A stretch of DNA of 64,000 nt from a virus (Duplodnaviria; Caudoviricetes), in the IMG/VR virus record IMGVR_UViG_3300025387_000016, positions 5,544 through 69,543 of that record; one strand, given 5' to 3'. The notes under the pieces were generated by a model. That model did not search any database and had not been told where the DNA came from. It saw nothing but the letters and a program-made list of their open reading frames with translations. Positions within the stretch are counted from its first letter, which is position 1. Each line of letters opens with the position of its first letter. Below are positions 63,484-64,000 of this stretch, piece by piece. Both the position numbers and the translations under genes were made by a program.

Positions 63484-63936
63484 CTAGTTAGCGGAGTATG
63501 GCATTAGTTCAGCACGAGATTTTCGTGCCGCTTTGTGTGCCTCTTCTTCGGTGCGAAAGAACCCGATGTGTTTGTTGCCTACTCGTGCGACCCACGGCTT
63601 GTCAAAGAGGTCTTTGCGATACGACACGCCTCGGTGCTCACTATGGAACTTGTTGCCTCGCCCCGGTGTGTTCGGCAGGTTCTGGGCGTTCTCCCTTTTG
63701 GTGAGGACACGGAGATTCTCACGGCGATTGTCTAACCCATCATTGTTGATGTGGCCGACGACCATACCCTTTGGCGAGCCAAGAAGTAGTCGGTGCATAT
63801 GAACGGTGCTATTCCCCATCCTCGCTACGGCGTAGTCGCTGATGCTTCTCTTGGCACGAACTGATATCCAACGATACGGAAGTAGCAACGGCAAGTCCTC
63901 TATGTCTACGAGGACGTATTCGCCACTAGGTTTCAT
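63484..63936 (-). CDS. HNH homing endonuclease with AP2-like domain
   Basis: MHRLLL...VVGHINNDGLDNRRENLR; S.HRGVS...WVAR...IG.F.TEEEA. Confidence 0.85.
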   Translation of the reverse strand: MKPSGEYVLVDIEDLPLLLPYRWISVRAKRSISDYAVARMGNSTVHMHRLLLGSPKGMVVGHINNDGLDNRRENLRVLTKRENAQNLPNTPGRGNKFHSEHRGVSYRKDLFDKPWVARVGNKHIGFFRTEEEAHKAARKSRAELMPYSAN

Positions 63937-64000
63937 TGACGCTCCCTGTCGGGAATACAAAGGGATACTCGCTGTGCCGTCGCCGTTGTCGCACTCTTCA

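Noticed and set aside
544-63802. The many plus-strand and off-frame ORFs in the track that overlap long minus-strand genes (e.g. 3695-4189, 24289-24936, 46195-46851, 54041-54691)
   Set aside because: They are antisense or frame shadows with no RBS and no recognisable motifs. The exception is 14206-14700, kept because of its conserved motif.
1-64000. tRNA, rRNA or tmRNA genes
   Set aside because: Intergenic gaps are short and none showed cloverleaf or T-loop GTTCRA patterns by eye; a tRNAscan-SE/ARAGORN run would be needed to exclude them fully.

Overview
This window is a 64-kb piece of a large tailed dsDNA phage genome (Caudoviricetes, HK97-type head). The host is very probably actinobacterial: there are three WhiB paralogues, an Rpf-like transglycosylase, an actinobacterial-type SSB, and many leaderless sigma-A promoters. 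Most genes are on the minus strand. These include a split terminase (57-58.5 kb), lysis genes, portal, XkdF-type prohead protease, scaffold, head decoration protein, major capsid protein and Ser/Thr-rich tail-type proteins running off the left edge. Short plus-strand islands carry strong TTGACA-type promoters and an amidoligase/GATase/GGCT set. Four things stand out. (1) A 17-kb block of nine large genes follows the protease, in the position a MuF gene usually occupies. They carry 12 copies of one peptide tag, [VIL]xK-GDxxGHxFHGNQ[YW], ahead of toxin-like domains (RelA/SpoT synthetase with a coupled small ORF, ART-like, ParB-like x2, zincin) in proteins that also carry a kinase-like domain. 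This looks like a MuF-independent, protease-processed head-cargo system. (2) A C5 DNA methyltransferase is built from one catalytic ORF, a nested alternative-frame ORF and three tandem TRD+motif IX/X cassettes. (3) The 8-mer TTTCAGCA occurs about 56 times on the plus strand against about 7 on the minus strand, independent of reading frame. (4) A TTT(CC/GG)AAA-N7-8-TANNNT element precedes the structural, lysis and terminase modules. All domain calls are by eye from motifs, with no database searches; counts are manual. No tRNA, rRNA, CRISPR array or integrase was seen.
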